Below, piece by piece: positions 33,431-46,015 of a DNA stretch of 64,000 nucleotides. Origin of the DNA: Camelus dromedarius (lineage: Eukaryota); the NCBI RefSeq assembly GCF_036321535.1, contig NC_087438.1, forward strand, positions 994,001-1,058,000, in the 5' to 3' direction. The position numbers were made by a program, and so were the translations under genes. The first letter of the stretch is position 1; every line of letters starts with the position of its first letter. Below the pieces are notes generated by a model. It worked only from the letters and a program-made list of their open reading frames with translations, was not told the origin of the DNA and did not search any database.

Positions 33431-36400
33431 TCACTGCTCTCCCAGGACAGCGCTGGGAAAGCAGGCGGGAGGAAGGCTGGGTTCTGCGGCCACTGCCCGG
33501 GAGGGGTGGCGGGGCTTGTGCTCGGATGCCCGCCGGGTGCGCAGTGCAGGCTCCACACCCGGGGACCAGCCCGCTGACACTGAGGTGGGCGTCACTGCCC
33601 AGCGCCCCCCCGGGGCTCAGCAGAGTGGTGCCGGGGAGCGGCTTCCCCAGGCGAGGAGACAAAAGTAGGGATGTTTTCTTTCTCTCTGTGAAACAATCTT
33701 CGGAATAAACACACACACTGGAGTATTTGCGGAAGAAAGTAAGTAAGTGGCATGGCCGCCTGCCAGTTCACCTCGAGACAAAAAAACGGCAAGAATTGTT
33801 TCTGAGGTGAAATGGAAGAAAGGCAAACCCATTCACCGGGAGTGCTGGGGAGCAGGGTTTCATCGGGGGTCCAGCTGCCCCGGGGAGGGGCCGCTCCCAC
33901 CGAGGGTCAGACGTCACGTGGTTTGTGACCCTGCAGCTCGGGGGCATCGGTGTCTCCAGTTCAGTGCACGGCAGGTGCATGTGTGCCCGTGTCCCTGTGC
34001 CCACCTTCCCGGGAGCCTGCCCGCCCTGCCCCTCCCCGCACGGTCCCGCCCGGCCCCGCCCCGCCGTGCAGGTGAGGAAAGTAAGCCAGAAGAGGGTGCA
34101 GCTCCGGAACGTCTGTGAATGGCCCAGACCGTCCAGCACCCCCAGGACCGCAGAGGGGCTGGTCCTCGGCCCTGGAGCTGGATCTGCACCGGACCGGGTT
34201 GACTCGCCTTCCTCTCCTGGGGTCACTGAAAGCAAAAGTCCAAATGCAACCGGTTGACTTTTGCCGAGAGGAACCGTGTCACCTGGATGGAAGGTGAGGT
34301 TTTATGCAGCGAGTCCATGGAGACGGGACCCCACGCAGACCCCAGGGCGCTCGCCTGCTGTGGAAGCAGCGATTTATCAGCAGGTTCAGGGGCCTCACTG
34401 AGGTCTGGTCTTGTAAGTGCCCTTGGCTTCCTGGAAACAGGCCCCCCAGCCCCGTGGCCTCCAGGCTGAAACTACGGTCAATTCTCAGCACAGCCCAGAG
34501 GAAAAATACACTACCTGCCCCTGGGAGCCCCTTAGACACACCCTCCTCCTCCAGGTGTCAGGGCCCTCCTGACCCCTGCTGCACAGGCGGGGTGGCTCGG
34601 AGGGCAGGTGGGAGGCCGCACCGGGCACCCAGGATCTGGCTCCGGCCGCGGGAGGGACGGCAGCTGTGCAGACAGGTGGACGTGACGGTGTCCACAGGAA
34701 TGAGGCGGGGATGCTGAGGAAGGGGTCCTGCGGGACTCCGTCCACCACTCGAGGGGCCACAGCACCCCTCGCTGAGAACTGCCCTCCATGCACCAGGACT
34801 GACATCGGGAGGTGCTGTCCTGCCACCGGGCCCCGTGCCAGCAGGTGACAGGACTCCAGGACAGCGGAGACCTTCAGGACCCAGGGTGTGGTTCCGAGTG
34901 ACCAGTATCCACCCGCTGCTCTCCGAGGCTGTGGTCAGAGCTTTGGGACAATTCTTCACACGAGGACAAGAAAGATGGACAGAAGCTCAGAAGTTACCTG
35001 ACTTGCACGGCAAAAACAAAACCAAAACTGACTCTGTCTCCATCTCCAGGTCTATGGAGCCTGGAGAGAGGGCGAGGCTGGGTGTGGAGGGACCCCCACC
35101 TGCGTGATGCGATCAATACATGGTCCTTCCCAAGGACACGTTGGCCCGTCTGCGGAGTGACTGGGAGCTGGGGAGGAGATGGCTTTTCCTGGACTGTGGA
35201 AGGCGGGTCTGAGGAGACGCCTGGGACAGCTGCACTGAGCAGAAGGACCGGGAACGGATGCCCAACCCGCCTTCCCAGGAGCAGCAGGCCACACAGTTCA
35301 CCTGGAAAGGAGGGGCACGCGGAGTTAGGACTGGCCACTCCTGGACCTTTGGAAATGACATTGACCTGGCTGTGGGTCAGGCCTGGAAGAGGTGGAACTG
35401 GATGACCCGGGACAAAGCATCGGCTAAAGGATAGGCCGGGGGGATCAGCACCAGCATGGCCTCGGGCGGGTGGCTGTCGGCTGTGTGGGGGTCTCAACAC
35501 CGTGTGTATATACCCTGCCCAGTGCTGGCACCGCGGGCCCAGAACCTGCCATGGGGGAGGGACCAAGCTGTGCGAGGGCCTCTCGGGGGCCCCTCCCTCC
35601 CACCAGGCCTGGCAGAGGCTCGTCTCCCCAGCTCAGAGACCAACGCTGGGCGCTGGCTGTGCCACCTTCCCTCACGGGCCAGCCAGGGCCTCGGTGAGCC
35701 GGTTCCATCAGGCCCCCTCCACTCTGGAGTGGGGATTCCTTCCCACTGGGAGCGGCACTCCCTCCCGGTCCCTAAAGGAGTCTCGCCCGTGAACCGGTGT
35801 CTGCACTGCTGGGCTTCATGTGACCCCAGCACCACATCTCACCAGGCTCTCGCCCCAACATCCAACCTGATGGAAGGGAGACACCGAGCTGGACGCCAGG
35901 TGAGATGGCACTTTAGGGTGAGGAGCTCACGGGACCCTGCTCTGCAGGGAGCAGCTGGGAAACATGGGGCCGTCTGTACAAATGGCGGCCGTCGGACGAG
36001 GTGGCCACTGCCACTTAAACCCACACAGAGTATGGAACGTGATGGCCTGATCGATCGTGTCCAAGTGTCATTTTTTAGGCTGAGTTCTTTTAGCAAAATG
36101 ACTCTCTACCCACCTACTTTAAATTTTCTCCGACGTGTCAGTGCCGTCTGCTGGGCAGAGGCGCAGAGGTAGGCGCTGTCACTGCAGAGAGAATTACCTG
36201 CCAGAACTACACTCATCCTTCTCCACCTCGTGTCCAGACGTGGGCGTGAGAGGCTTTCAGACGTGAGGACTTTGAGGCCCTGTGAATGGAGGGTGGAGCG
36301 TGCGTGGCTGCCCCCTCCTGAGATCTGGAGCCTCGTGGACGGGCTGCGACGTAGGTGAAACAGGCTCACTGGACTCCAGCCCCCAGACACGTTGTTTCAG

Positions 36401-37669
36401 GGCAGATGTTGTCTTCAGGGTGGACACAGCAGCATGCGGGGAGCAGGACAGACTGGGGGGCAAAGGTCAGCACCCCGGGGCGGCTGTGTCTGCCCGGGGC
36501 TCTGAGGGAGCTGGGGCCCCCGTGCCCACGGGACATGAAGACAGGGACTGCCAGCCTTGGCCGGGAGCCTGTCCTTGGGGGACGGTGCACCCCGACCTCT
36601 TGGGGGCCACACTGCCTCTCATTTCTCCTTAGGGGATGGAGGGCGCAGGCTTTGAGGTCAGACCCGTCCCCGGGGGATCCACCACCTGCTCACCTGTGTG
36701 GAGCTGCAGGACCGGCCCCACCGTGGGGGTGCCAGGGGCACCCTCGAGTCCAGGAGAGATGGACAAAGGCCACCAAACGTGTTTCCAGGACAGACACAGA
36801 GACGGGGGCAGGAGAGAGAGGAAGGGCGCCTCGTGAGGAGAGCTGTTGGAGTGACCGGGACGGAAGGCCTGTCCCCTCCGAGGAGACATCTCCATGTCAG
36901 GAGGTGGGCGGTGCTGCAGGGGCCGGGGTGGCCGAGGGGGCTGGTCACTGCACTGGGGGCTCCTCTCCCAGGCAGACCTGGAGCGGCAGGGCGGGGGGGT
37001 GCACCTGCCCCAGAGCACCTGCCCCAGAGCTGCCCCCTGGGCCCCCGCCTCCCCATCCCCCCGACAAAGCGCCCCCCCTCTGTGTCTGCTGGCTCTGCGG
37101 CTCAGGAGTGAGGACAACGGAAACGAACACCACTTCCTCAGACTCGGCTGGGTACGTGGGGGCCTGCTGGATTTCAGGTTTTCGCCTGGATCCGCGCTTA
37201 CCTTCCAGTCCCTGAAAGTCTGTGGCCTTGAACCCTCCGCTTTGTCCTGAAACCCTTGAGGTTTCATCTGGAACAAGTATTAATTCTCCTGTAATAAACT
37301 TAAAAAAAAAGGCAAACCGTCTGCAGTTTAGGGGTTTCTAGAGAGGATGAAGAAAGGCCCCAAAGCCACAGCCAAGTCCGTCTCTCCCGGGCGGAGGGCG
37401 CGCGGCGCTCACATCGGTTACCTGCTCTGCAGCCGCCCCGGCCGGACCGGACCGCTCGGAACCCGGCGGCCTCTGGCTACGGCGGTCGACTTTCTGCTGC
37501 GACCTGATCTGAGGAAACACTTCACGTAAAGTGAGATGCTCAGGGACCCACCTGCTCACCTGGGGGACCTTGCCTGCTCTAGACCCACTGGGTATGGACA
37601 CCGTCGGCCCAGCCTGAGGACAGGCCGCTGGACGGGGTCTGGGTGTGGGCCCTGCCAGCCCCGGCCTAT

Positions 37670-37683
37670 CCACCAGGGGGCAG
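37670..37683 (+). promoter_or_regulatory. Consensus CTCF core motif
   Basis: CCACCAGGGGGCAG (context TATCCACCAGGGGGCAGTG) matches the CTCF core consensus. Confidence 0.55.
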
Positions 37684-40600
37684 TGGTGCATAATCGTGGC
37701 CGCCGGTCCCGGAGGGTCGGCCCCTGGGCCGTGACCACAGAGCCCAGCAGCCCTTTAAGCTGCTGACACCCGGCAGGTCCACAGCAGAAAGGCTGAGACC
37801 CTTCGGGAATGATGCGGCCTCTCAGACCTGCGGGGAAGAGGCACGGATGCACGGGCCCACATCCTGAGGAGTCTCAGCTCCATTCTGCAGACAAAGCCGC
37901 GGAGGCCCCGCAGGAGGCTGGTCCTGGCCTTGACCCTAGGGCCGGTGCTGGGTCCCCTGGTCCCCTCCCCAGCGTGTCCTTCAGCTCCAGCGACCCGCCG
38001 GAGCCGTCTGGCAGGACGTGCTGACCCCGGGAGGCTTCCTCTGGCCAGCCCAGTGGCACGTCCAGTCCCGCGGGTGGGCACTGGGAGGCGACTGTGGAGG
38101 GAGGGCTGCTGGGCTGCAGCTCCTGTCATGAGGCCCACGGGCTCTGCGGCCGTAGCAGGGCTGGGCTTCCAGGTGGACACCACCTCCTGCCTGGTGTCTC
38201 AGCCAGGAGGCACCTCCTTCCCAGGGGGATGATTGGCCGGGCCTAGAAGCGACCTTGCCAGCCAGGACCCCCACGGCGGGCCGGACCTCCTGCTGGCTGG
38301 GCTCCTGCCTCGCTGGCTGCTCAGCGTGTTCTCTGCGCGCTTCTCGTAAAACGGAGCCGCCGAGGCTCCCAACCATCGGGGCGTCTTGCTTGGAGGGGGG
38401 CTGTGGGCGGGGGCCCGGGTCCCTGCGTCCCTGCGTGACTAGCGGCTGGACCCTCCCGTCTGGGAGACGCTCTTTCCTTGTTCCAAACCGCGCTGGCTTC
38501 CTCGGAGGCTGGGATCAGTATTACAGTACTAATTTATTAGACTTGGGGAGATTTTAAATTTCATTCTTGTGCAGTTATTTAAAATTTAAAATGATAACGT
38601 CTAACCCAATTAAATTTCAGCTGATCGCTCTCCAAATGCACAGTCTTATAAAATATGAATCAGGAGCCTTAGGAACTCTTGATAACAACTTAATCTCCAC
38701 GTCGGTGATCTGCTCTGGGGCCCTCCTGTCACAGTGCGGACCTCAGGAAGCAGAGAAAGAGACAGAGAGCAGGCCGATCCAATTCTGAGGATTCTCACCC
38801 ATCAGACTCAAAGTTCCAGGACCATTTCATGCACGTACAATTTCTTCTCCTGTTTTGTAATAATTATGCTTTTTTATTTGACCTTTCTCTTGGGGGATTT
38901 CTGGCATTTTCATAATTTAGAGGCTCCAGTGGAGACAGCCTGTTTTCAGCCTCGCACAGCGTCAGCAGGGGGACCATGGGGGGGCGCGACCCCACCCTGT
39001 CATCCCGCAGCCCTGCCTCCCAACTGGTTCGCGTGTGTAGACCCAACAGCCTGCCAGCCTCCGACAGTGAACTTCCCTTTCCAGGAACACACAGCACGGG
39101 TGGCCCTGCCCGAGGGCCTGGAAATCCACCGGGTCCCACCAGGCCGGGAAGTCAGCAGGACCCCCGCTGGACCCTCGATGAGATGCTGGGCAGAGCCTGG
39201 CTCCTGGGGTTGGTCCAAGCGGAACTCAAATCCCGGCTTGCTAGGGACCAGCTGGGGCAGGGGCCTCTCGTGGGCGCCCGCCCCCTCGCCTGCAATGTGA
39301 GATTATGGGAGGCCCTCCCGGTAGAGTGGCCTTGGCAGTAAGTTGTCTGGAAGCTCGGAGCCAGTGCCCCCAGCGGGTGTGGACAGGGGACCCGGGCTCC
39401 AGAGCCTTCGCTCACTCGCTCGCCCACAGGTGGCAGGGACCAGGCTGGGCCCAGGTGTGGGGAGCCAGGGAGGTCAGACTGCCCAGTGGAACAGGGGGGG
39501 TCACCTCAACTAGAAAGTTGACATGACAGAGCCGGGAGTCCGGCCTCCCTCTCCAGGTGATGATCCGATTCAAACACAGAGGAACCTTGCTGCCAACAAA
39601 AGGCCTGGGAATCAGCTGTGCTCGGGATGTCCCCACCGCAGGCGAGGCCACGGGGGCCCCGCCCGGCCAGCAGCTGCCCCGCCCGGCTCCGCAGCGCTTG
39701 TCTGGAGAATCGAGGAGCAGTCAAGGAGACACGTGACTGCCGTTTAACTTCGCTGTGATGCTGCGTGTCCCCTGACTTGGTAGGTATGTCGGTGGTGCGT
39801 GGTGGGGTTGGGCTGGAGCTCTGAGGCCCAGTGCAGGCTGGCTGGGTGCTGGGAGCTCACTGGAGCGGCCGTGCTCTCGGACACGGCTCCCTGCCAGGCC
39901 AGTCTCCTCTCCAGGTGGGCACCTGGGTCCCAGGGTGTGGCCCTGGGACCAGCAGCACACAGCGGCCCGAGACGTGCCTGTCTCTGCGCTGGAGCCCTGG
40001 TGCCCTGTGGCCACCCCCTTGGCAACTGCCCCAGGGGGCACAAAAGCAGGGATCTGGGCATGTCACCCAGCTTGGGCTAGAGCCCCTTCATTTGGCTCCT
40101 GAAGAGATCAGATCCTGGGGTGAGAGCCAGCTCGAGGAAACAGTCCCTCTGCTGAGGGGAAGCTGGAAAGCTGCGTCTCACGTTTCGTTTGCTTTTACTG
40201 TTTATACAAATACAGAGAAATTGTTGCGACGAGTGAGGACCAGCACAGGTCGGGAGCCCAGCACTCAGCCGACCAAGGAAACGGCCGTGCGAGGAAAACG
40301 GACGGACGGGGTCTCGGGCGGGTCTCTGTGGACATGGCGTGGCCTGAGCAACTGGTCACATGGAACTAAGTCGGCAGAGGCCTGGACCCGCCGTGCCGTC
40401 AGGGCCTGCAGACGTGGGGGGCCCCTGCCGTGCGGTGCAGCCTGCGGCCAGCGAGGTGGTCAGAGGGTGACTGGGTCCTGCGGGGCCACCCTGAGTGCGT
40501 GGAGCTGAGACCCGATGAGCCCTGGACTTTCAGACTCGGACACGGTGGTGGGGGGCCAGGGCAGGGGAGCCCGATGCCCAGAACAGCCCCGGGTTCGTCA

Positions 40601-43600
40601 GCTCCTCGGGAGCATCTCGGTGCCTCAGCTGCACCCGCGACTCAGGCAGAGCCTGGCAGATGTGGGTGTGCCACGCCTGCTCCAGTGAGCCCGTGTGCCC
40701 TCCTCCCAGCCCCCAGCCCCCAGCCCAGGACGGACAGGCTCCTCTCCGTCTCTGACCCGACGGGGGGCCACCCACCTGGCGGCCTGCTTGCTCGTTGCTC
40801 TCCGGCTCCCCCACCTGAACTTAGCACCCCCCACCTCAACCTGGGGCCCCTCCTCACCTTGTGCGCCTCCCTGGCTGCTTGGACACCCTGTGGCGACAGG
40901 GGTCAGCCCTGAGGGTAGGTCAGCCCAGCGTGGATTGAGGGACGCAGCTTGGGTCCCAGGCGAGTGAAGTATTTCGTAGCCTCCAATTGTCTGCGTTGGT
41001 CTTTGAAGCCTGGAGGGACGGGAAACAGCTAGCCCCCACTGGGGACTCGGGCTCTCGTGGGCCGGGGAGCCCGTCTGTCCTTCAGGCCCCAGGACTGTCC
41101 ATGGGGGGGCCTCAGGGCTACCTGTCCCCCCAAAGCCACCTTAAAGACTTGCATGCTCCCCACCTCAGAAGTGGCCGGTTCACTTCCCCTGCATCTCTTG
41201 TCATACAGGCGGCGGTCACTTTTCTTCGTTTTCTGACTGTACTGTCTCCTGGCTAGCTTGCTCACCTGCCCACCGATGCTGGACTCGAGGGGCTGAGAAC
41301 CGGCTCTGGAGCCTGGGGTGACTGGGGCCTGGGCTGTTTGGGGGAGACGGTGAGAGGGTCTGCCGAGGGAGGGGCGGGGGGCTGGCCCTGGGCGTCCAGC
41401 CCCGACTCTAACCATGCAGGTCTTGAGCCGGTGGGGCTGCCAGACCAGCCCCTGCGAGTTTGTAAAGGGTCCTGTGTGTGGACCAGGGCAAGCCCTCCCG
41501 GCTGCGTGGTGCCTGGGGCTCCCCCCGCACCCCACCCTCACCCACAGCACCACCTGCTCGCTGCCTGGGGCCCGCTGCCCCGTCCTGAGTCCCGCGGGGC
41601 TGCTTGGAGTCCGTCACCCACAGGGCCCGGCCCGTCTGGGTCCCAGGCAGACGCGCCGCTTTCTGGCCGGCCTGGGCCTGGCCGTCATGGCCTGTCTGCT
41701 GACCGGTCTGATCGCCGCGCAGTCTTGCTGCCTGTTAGGTGTAAGCAAGGGTTTGAAAAATCCCCCCTTCTCCTCTGTCAGCCATTTGGCTCTATACTGG
41801 GGGGTCTTTTTAACGGCTCCCCTGGGAGTTCCATGAGGCTCCCCTAATTTTTACAGCATTAGATTAGTCCTTCGCCAGCCCTCGAAGGCTGCAAGGACAG
41901 ACAGCAGCTGACTGAGTCTGGCCACTCCCGCCTCCTTGTTGCCCACACGTCTCTTCCACTTGTTACAAACGCACAGGCTGTTGCGTTCATCGTCTCCGTG
42001 GTCAGGCCTTGTCTCCCCCTTTCAGAGCAGGTCACTTCTTCCGGAACGTCTGCGCTTCCATCAGGGGCCATCTCCCTTCATCGTAAAGAATGTCCTGTAG
42101 TGTTTCTCAGGGTGGTGAGTGTCCCAGGTTTTATCTGCCCTGGTTTCTGTGAGATGCCCCCACTGGTGCCGAAGTCTGGGCAGCAGGCCTGCTCCTCGGT
42201 GCTTTAAAGGAGCCGCTCTGGCGTCTGCTGGCCCCACGCCTTCGGGTGTCATCCCTCTTCCTCCGGGAGCGTGTGGCCCTGCGGGGGCTGCCTCCTCCCC
42301 GCAGGCGCCTGCTCCTACGGGCCGTGCACCTTTGCGGTGGTTCGCAGCATTGGGACAAACCCAGTACCTGCTCGTCCTGCTGGACCCGTAGTCGCTCCTT
42401 TAGAACAGACGGGGGTCATGGTGCTGACGGAGGCGCATGTGCTGTGAGGACGTCGTGGGCGTCGCCAGGGTCCCCAGGGCTGTTCTGGAAACTGACAGGC
42501 CTCTCGGTGCGCGAGATTCAGCTTTTGCCTCCGCCTGGCCAACACGTTTCAATCTTTTCCAAGCTGATTGGCAAAAAGCAAGATCTTCTTTCTCTGGATC
42601 AGAGGATTTTTTCATTTTTTCCCACCACCAGTCAATCTGATCCTGTATCCACGCACAGGTTCTTGCTGAGACCAAGCCGCCCTCGGGGTAGGGGTGTCCA
42701 CCCTGGTCTAAGTGCTTCCTGCCGGCTGAGGCCGGGGTGGGGGTGGTCTGCGGGAAGTGGGCTCACCTGCGTCTCCCACCCTCCCCGAGGGGCTCAGGCT
42801 CAGGCTCACCCCCATGACCTCCAGAGCCCTCCCCAGTGTCACCGCTCACCCAGACCCACCCCAGGTACCGCACACGGTCCTGGAGACACACAGAGGAGGA
42901 TGCCTGATGTGGGCAACAGGGAGGTGGGACGAGACTTTCCCTCTGGAATGTGGAGCGCCTTCCTGCAGGATTTGTGACTTTCTGCTGTCCGCTTGTCTTG
43001 AGGTCCACCTGAAGAGGAGTGAGAGTTTAAGCTGCCAGTTCTGAGAGCCATTTTCGAAGGCCAGGAGGTGGAAGCAAGCCAAGCGTCCCGAAAGTGCGTG
43101 CATCTTACTTGCTGGACTGAGTAACGCTGGAGCCCTTCTGGGAAGTGTCCCGGGCAGGTGCAGCCCTCGGCTTGGGGTGATGCGTTTTGATTTAAATGGG
43201 GTTCTTTCAGCCCAGCATCCTGGTCGCACTGACCCTCCTGTGCCCGTTGTTCAGTGAGCCCCGTCATGACAGCCTTGCTGTTTACCTGGTACCGAAACCT
43301 TTACAGGAGCGACCTACACGTATCTGTGTTATTTTGCCCTGGTGTGGGCACTGATCCCGAGGGTGCTGGTGTGTCCTCGCCGGTTCCCCAGCGGCAAACA
43401 CACACCACTGTCCATCTGCCGGATTCCCACTCCCTCTCCATCCTGACCCACTGCGGCCTGGCCTCAGGAGTCCCCCCGACCTGTCCTGCCCCTGGAGCAC
43501 CTGGCCCGAGCCTGTGTCTCCACCCCCTTCTCCAAGGGACTGAGCTTCCTTGGGGTTCACGGAAGGCCTTTATGTGGGGGTGCGCTGCCTCAGGCTCCGG

Positions 43601-45319
43601 CAGACACGTGTTGTTCTGCGACCTCGAATGCGAATTCCACTTACACAAAACACACATCTTAGCCATGGGGTTCAGCAGACAATCTGGGCGGCCGCTAATT
43701 TGCAACTTCTTATTTTACTGAGTTTCACGAGAAACAAAAGAAGCAAACACTTTCCATCATAGCCACTGACTTTAAAAAAAGCCATGTGTCCCTTCTCATT
43801 TTCATTATCTGTCTGTTTCTCAGGTCCCCATGCAAGTGTGACTTTTCTAACGATCTTGCTTGACCATGGACAGCACTCAGCTGAGTCTCTAAATTTTACA
43901 CGGGAGGGAAGTGCAGCTCGGAAAGAATCACTGCTGTGCCCAGGGCTGCAGAGCGAGGTGTCCGACGCCCCAATGGCGGGGCCCCACCCGAGCTCCTCCC
44001 GGCCTCGCTGGGCACAGGTGTCCCGGCCACCAGTCTCAGCGACGCTCCTTCCGCCGGCGAGCCCCGCACCGCGCAGCCCACTGAGTCCTGGGCGGCCTCG
44101 TTTGCCCGAGTGTGTGGTGCTCACGCATGAGCGGCCAGAGTGTAAATGTGGTAAATATTTTATTTAGAATAGTCCTCACCAGCTTGACGGGCTCATTTCC
44201 AATTTTTCTCTCTGTCATTCTGTTGCACACACAGAGCCACACGCACACACGCAGTCACGCGCAGTCACATGCACACACGCATTTGCGCGCACACACTCCT
44301 CAGCAGTCCCCGAGCCGCGGTTTTGTGCTTGGCATCACCTTCCTTGGCCAACACCATAAATGCCTTTGCAACCAGAGCTGACAGCCCCCCGCCCCCGAAA
44401 TCTTCCAGAAGGTTCTCTTGGAATTTCTCCCCCTGGCTGGCCTTGCTGGCCGCTGGCCAGGGGCTGAAGGGCAGCCCCGGCAGAGGGCGCTGGAGCGTGA
44501 GGGGCTGCCCCAAGCGGTTAGCAGAGCTCAGGGAGGCAGCACGGAGGACGTGGGAAGATTCGCAGGCCCCAGCGGCGCCTGGGCGTCCGCGGTCGTGTGG
44601 GTGGTTTCCTCTGGTTCTGGCTCCAGGTCTCTCCAAAGACGCGAGCTTGAGGGACGTTTGTTCATCACACCAGCGGGCTCTCACCTCGCACAGACCCCAG
44701 ACTCCCTCCTGCCCCACGCCCAGGCGCCAAGTCTCTGCGGTGAGAGCCAGTGTTTCCCCAGGTGGCTCAGCGAGTGATGTGCACTCTTGGAATTCCATCT
44801 GGTGTGGCATTAAGACCAGGAGAGAACGAAATAAGCCACTCAAGATAGAAGAAAAACGCCTTTGACAGATGACTTCACATCCGCTTACGACGCCGTTGGA
44901 ACCAGAAATGAGCCAAACAAGCAGAACTCGTCCCTGGTCCTAAAGCCCTTTGCTCTCCACCTGTCTGCACCTGTCTGTCCTCCCACCTCCCAGCGCCTCC
45001 ACCTGTGCGGCTGTTCCTCCTTTGACCCCCTGGGCCAGGGTCCCCGACGGCCAGGTGGGGGGATGGGGGTGCCAGGACCCCGTGTGGGCTGGGACCAGGG
45101 AGGGCGGCCCCAGGTCCACGTCTAGGGGCTGGGGGTGCGAGCCCCCCGCCCTGGGCAGAGCTCAGGGAGGAGGCTCGGGGCCAGGAAGCCCAGCCTCCGG
45201 CTGCAGAACATGTGCCAGTGAGGACGTGGCCCCTTGTCCAGAAGCAGGAACGAGGCTTCCTCCTCTCTTCCAGGCCGCCCTCGAGACTGTGTGTGTGTGT
45301 GCACACATACGTGCCTGTG

Positions 45320-45550
45320 CGTGTTTTAACAGCTTCATTGAGAGAGAATTCACAAAACATTACAATCCATCCACTTAAGATGTACAATTCAATGGTCTTT
45401 GGTATATTACATTATTTGTTTAATTATGGTATAATATTAACACAAAATTTACCATCTTACCCATTTTTAAGTGTACACTTGTGGCATTAAGCACGTCCAC
45501 AAAGGTGGGTGGGCGACCATCACCACGATTTCCAGAGCTGTTTTATCTTC
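45320..45550 (-). mobile_element. Two adjacent LINE-1 3'-terminal fragments (L1MA/MB-like)
   Basis: TTTTAACAGCTTCATTGAGAGAGAATTCACA...AAGATGTACAATTCAATGG, followed by ACAAAATTTACCATCTTACCCATTTTTAAGTGTACA. Confidence 0.75.
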
Positions 45551-45893
45551 AGCTCCTTCCCCGAGGACAAAGCTCCACGTGGCGGGGCCCGCGGCGCTCA
45601 GTATGGTGCCTAGTGCGGGGGGTGAGCAGTGGGGGGACAGCCCCCGGGGTTGGAGATGTTCTTTCGGGAAATGTGGCCAGAAGTGGCCTGCCAGGCTGAG
45701 GATCTGTGGCCCCCAGAGCTTCCTCTATGAGACTGGGAGAAGGGGGCTCCTCTGCAGCCTCAAAGGGCCCAGGAGGAGCCTGGGGGCCGGTGCCAAGTGG
45801 GGAGAAACGTGCCTCCCTGGGGCCCAGGCAGCGTGGATGTCACTCCTCGCTGGGTCCCGGACCCCTTGCACCAGCCCAGGGGCTCCCAGAGGC

Positions 45894-46015
45894 CGGCGGT
45901 GTCCTACGCACCATGACGTCCTACCCTCCACGGCGTCCTGCCCGCCACGGCGCCCTGCGCACCATGACGTCCTGCCCTCCACGGTGCCCTGCGCACCACG
46001 GTGCCCGCACCACGG
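45894..46015. repeat. GC-rich minisatellite, 17-bp unit (CAYGRYGYCCTRCSCWC), about 7 copies
   Basis: CATGACGTCCTACCCTC / CACGGCGTCCTGCCCGC / CACGGCGCCCTGCGCAC / CATGACGTCCTGCCCTC / CACGGTGCCCTGCGCAC. Confidence 0.85.

Noticed and set aside
45894..46015. Short repeats as a possible CRISPR-like array (also 28010-28100 and 48368-48430)
   Set aside because: Head-to-tail degenerate units with no unique spacers, no cas genes, and a eukaryotic context: ordinary minisatellites.
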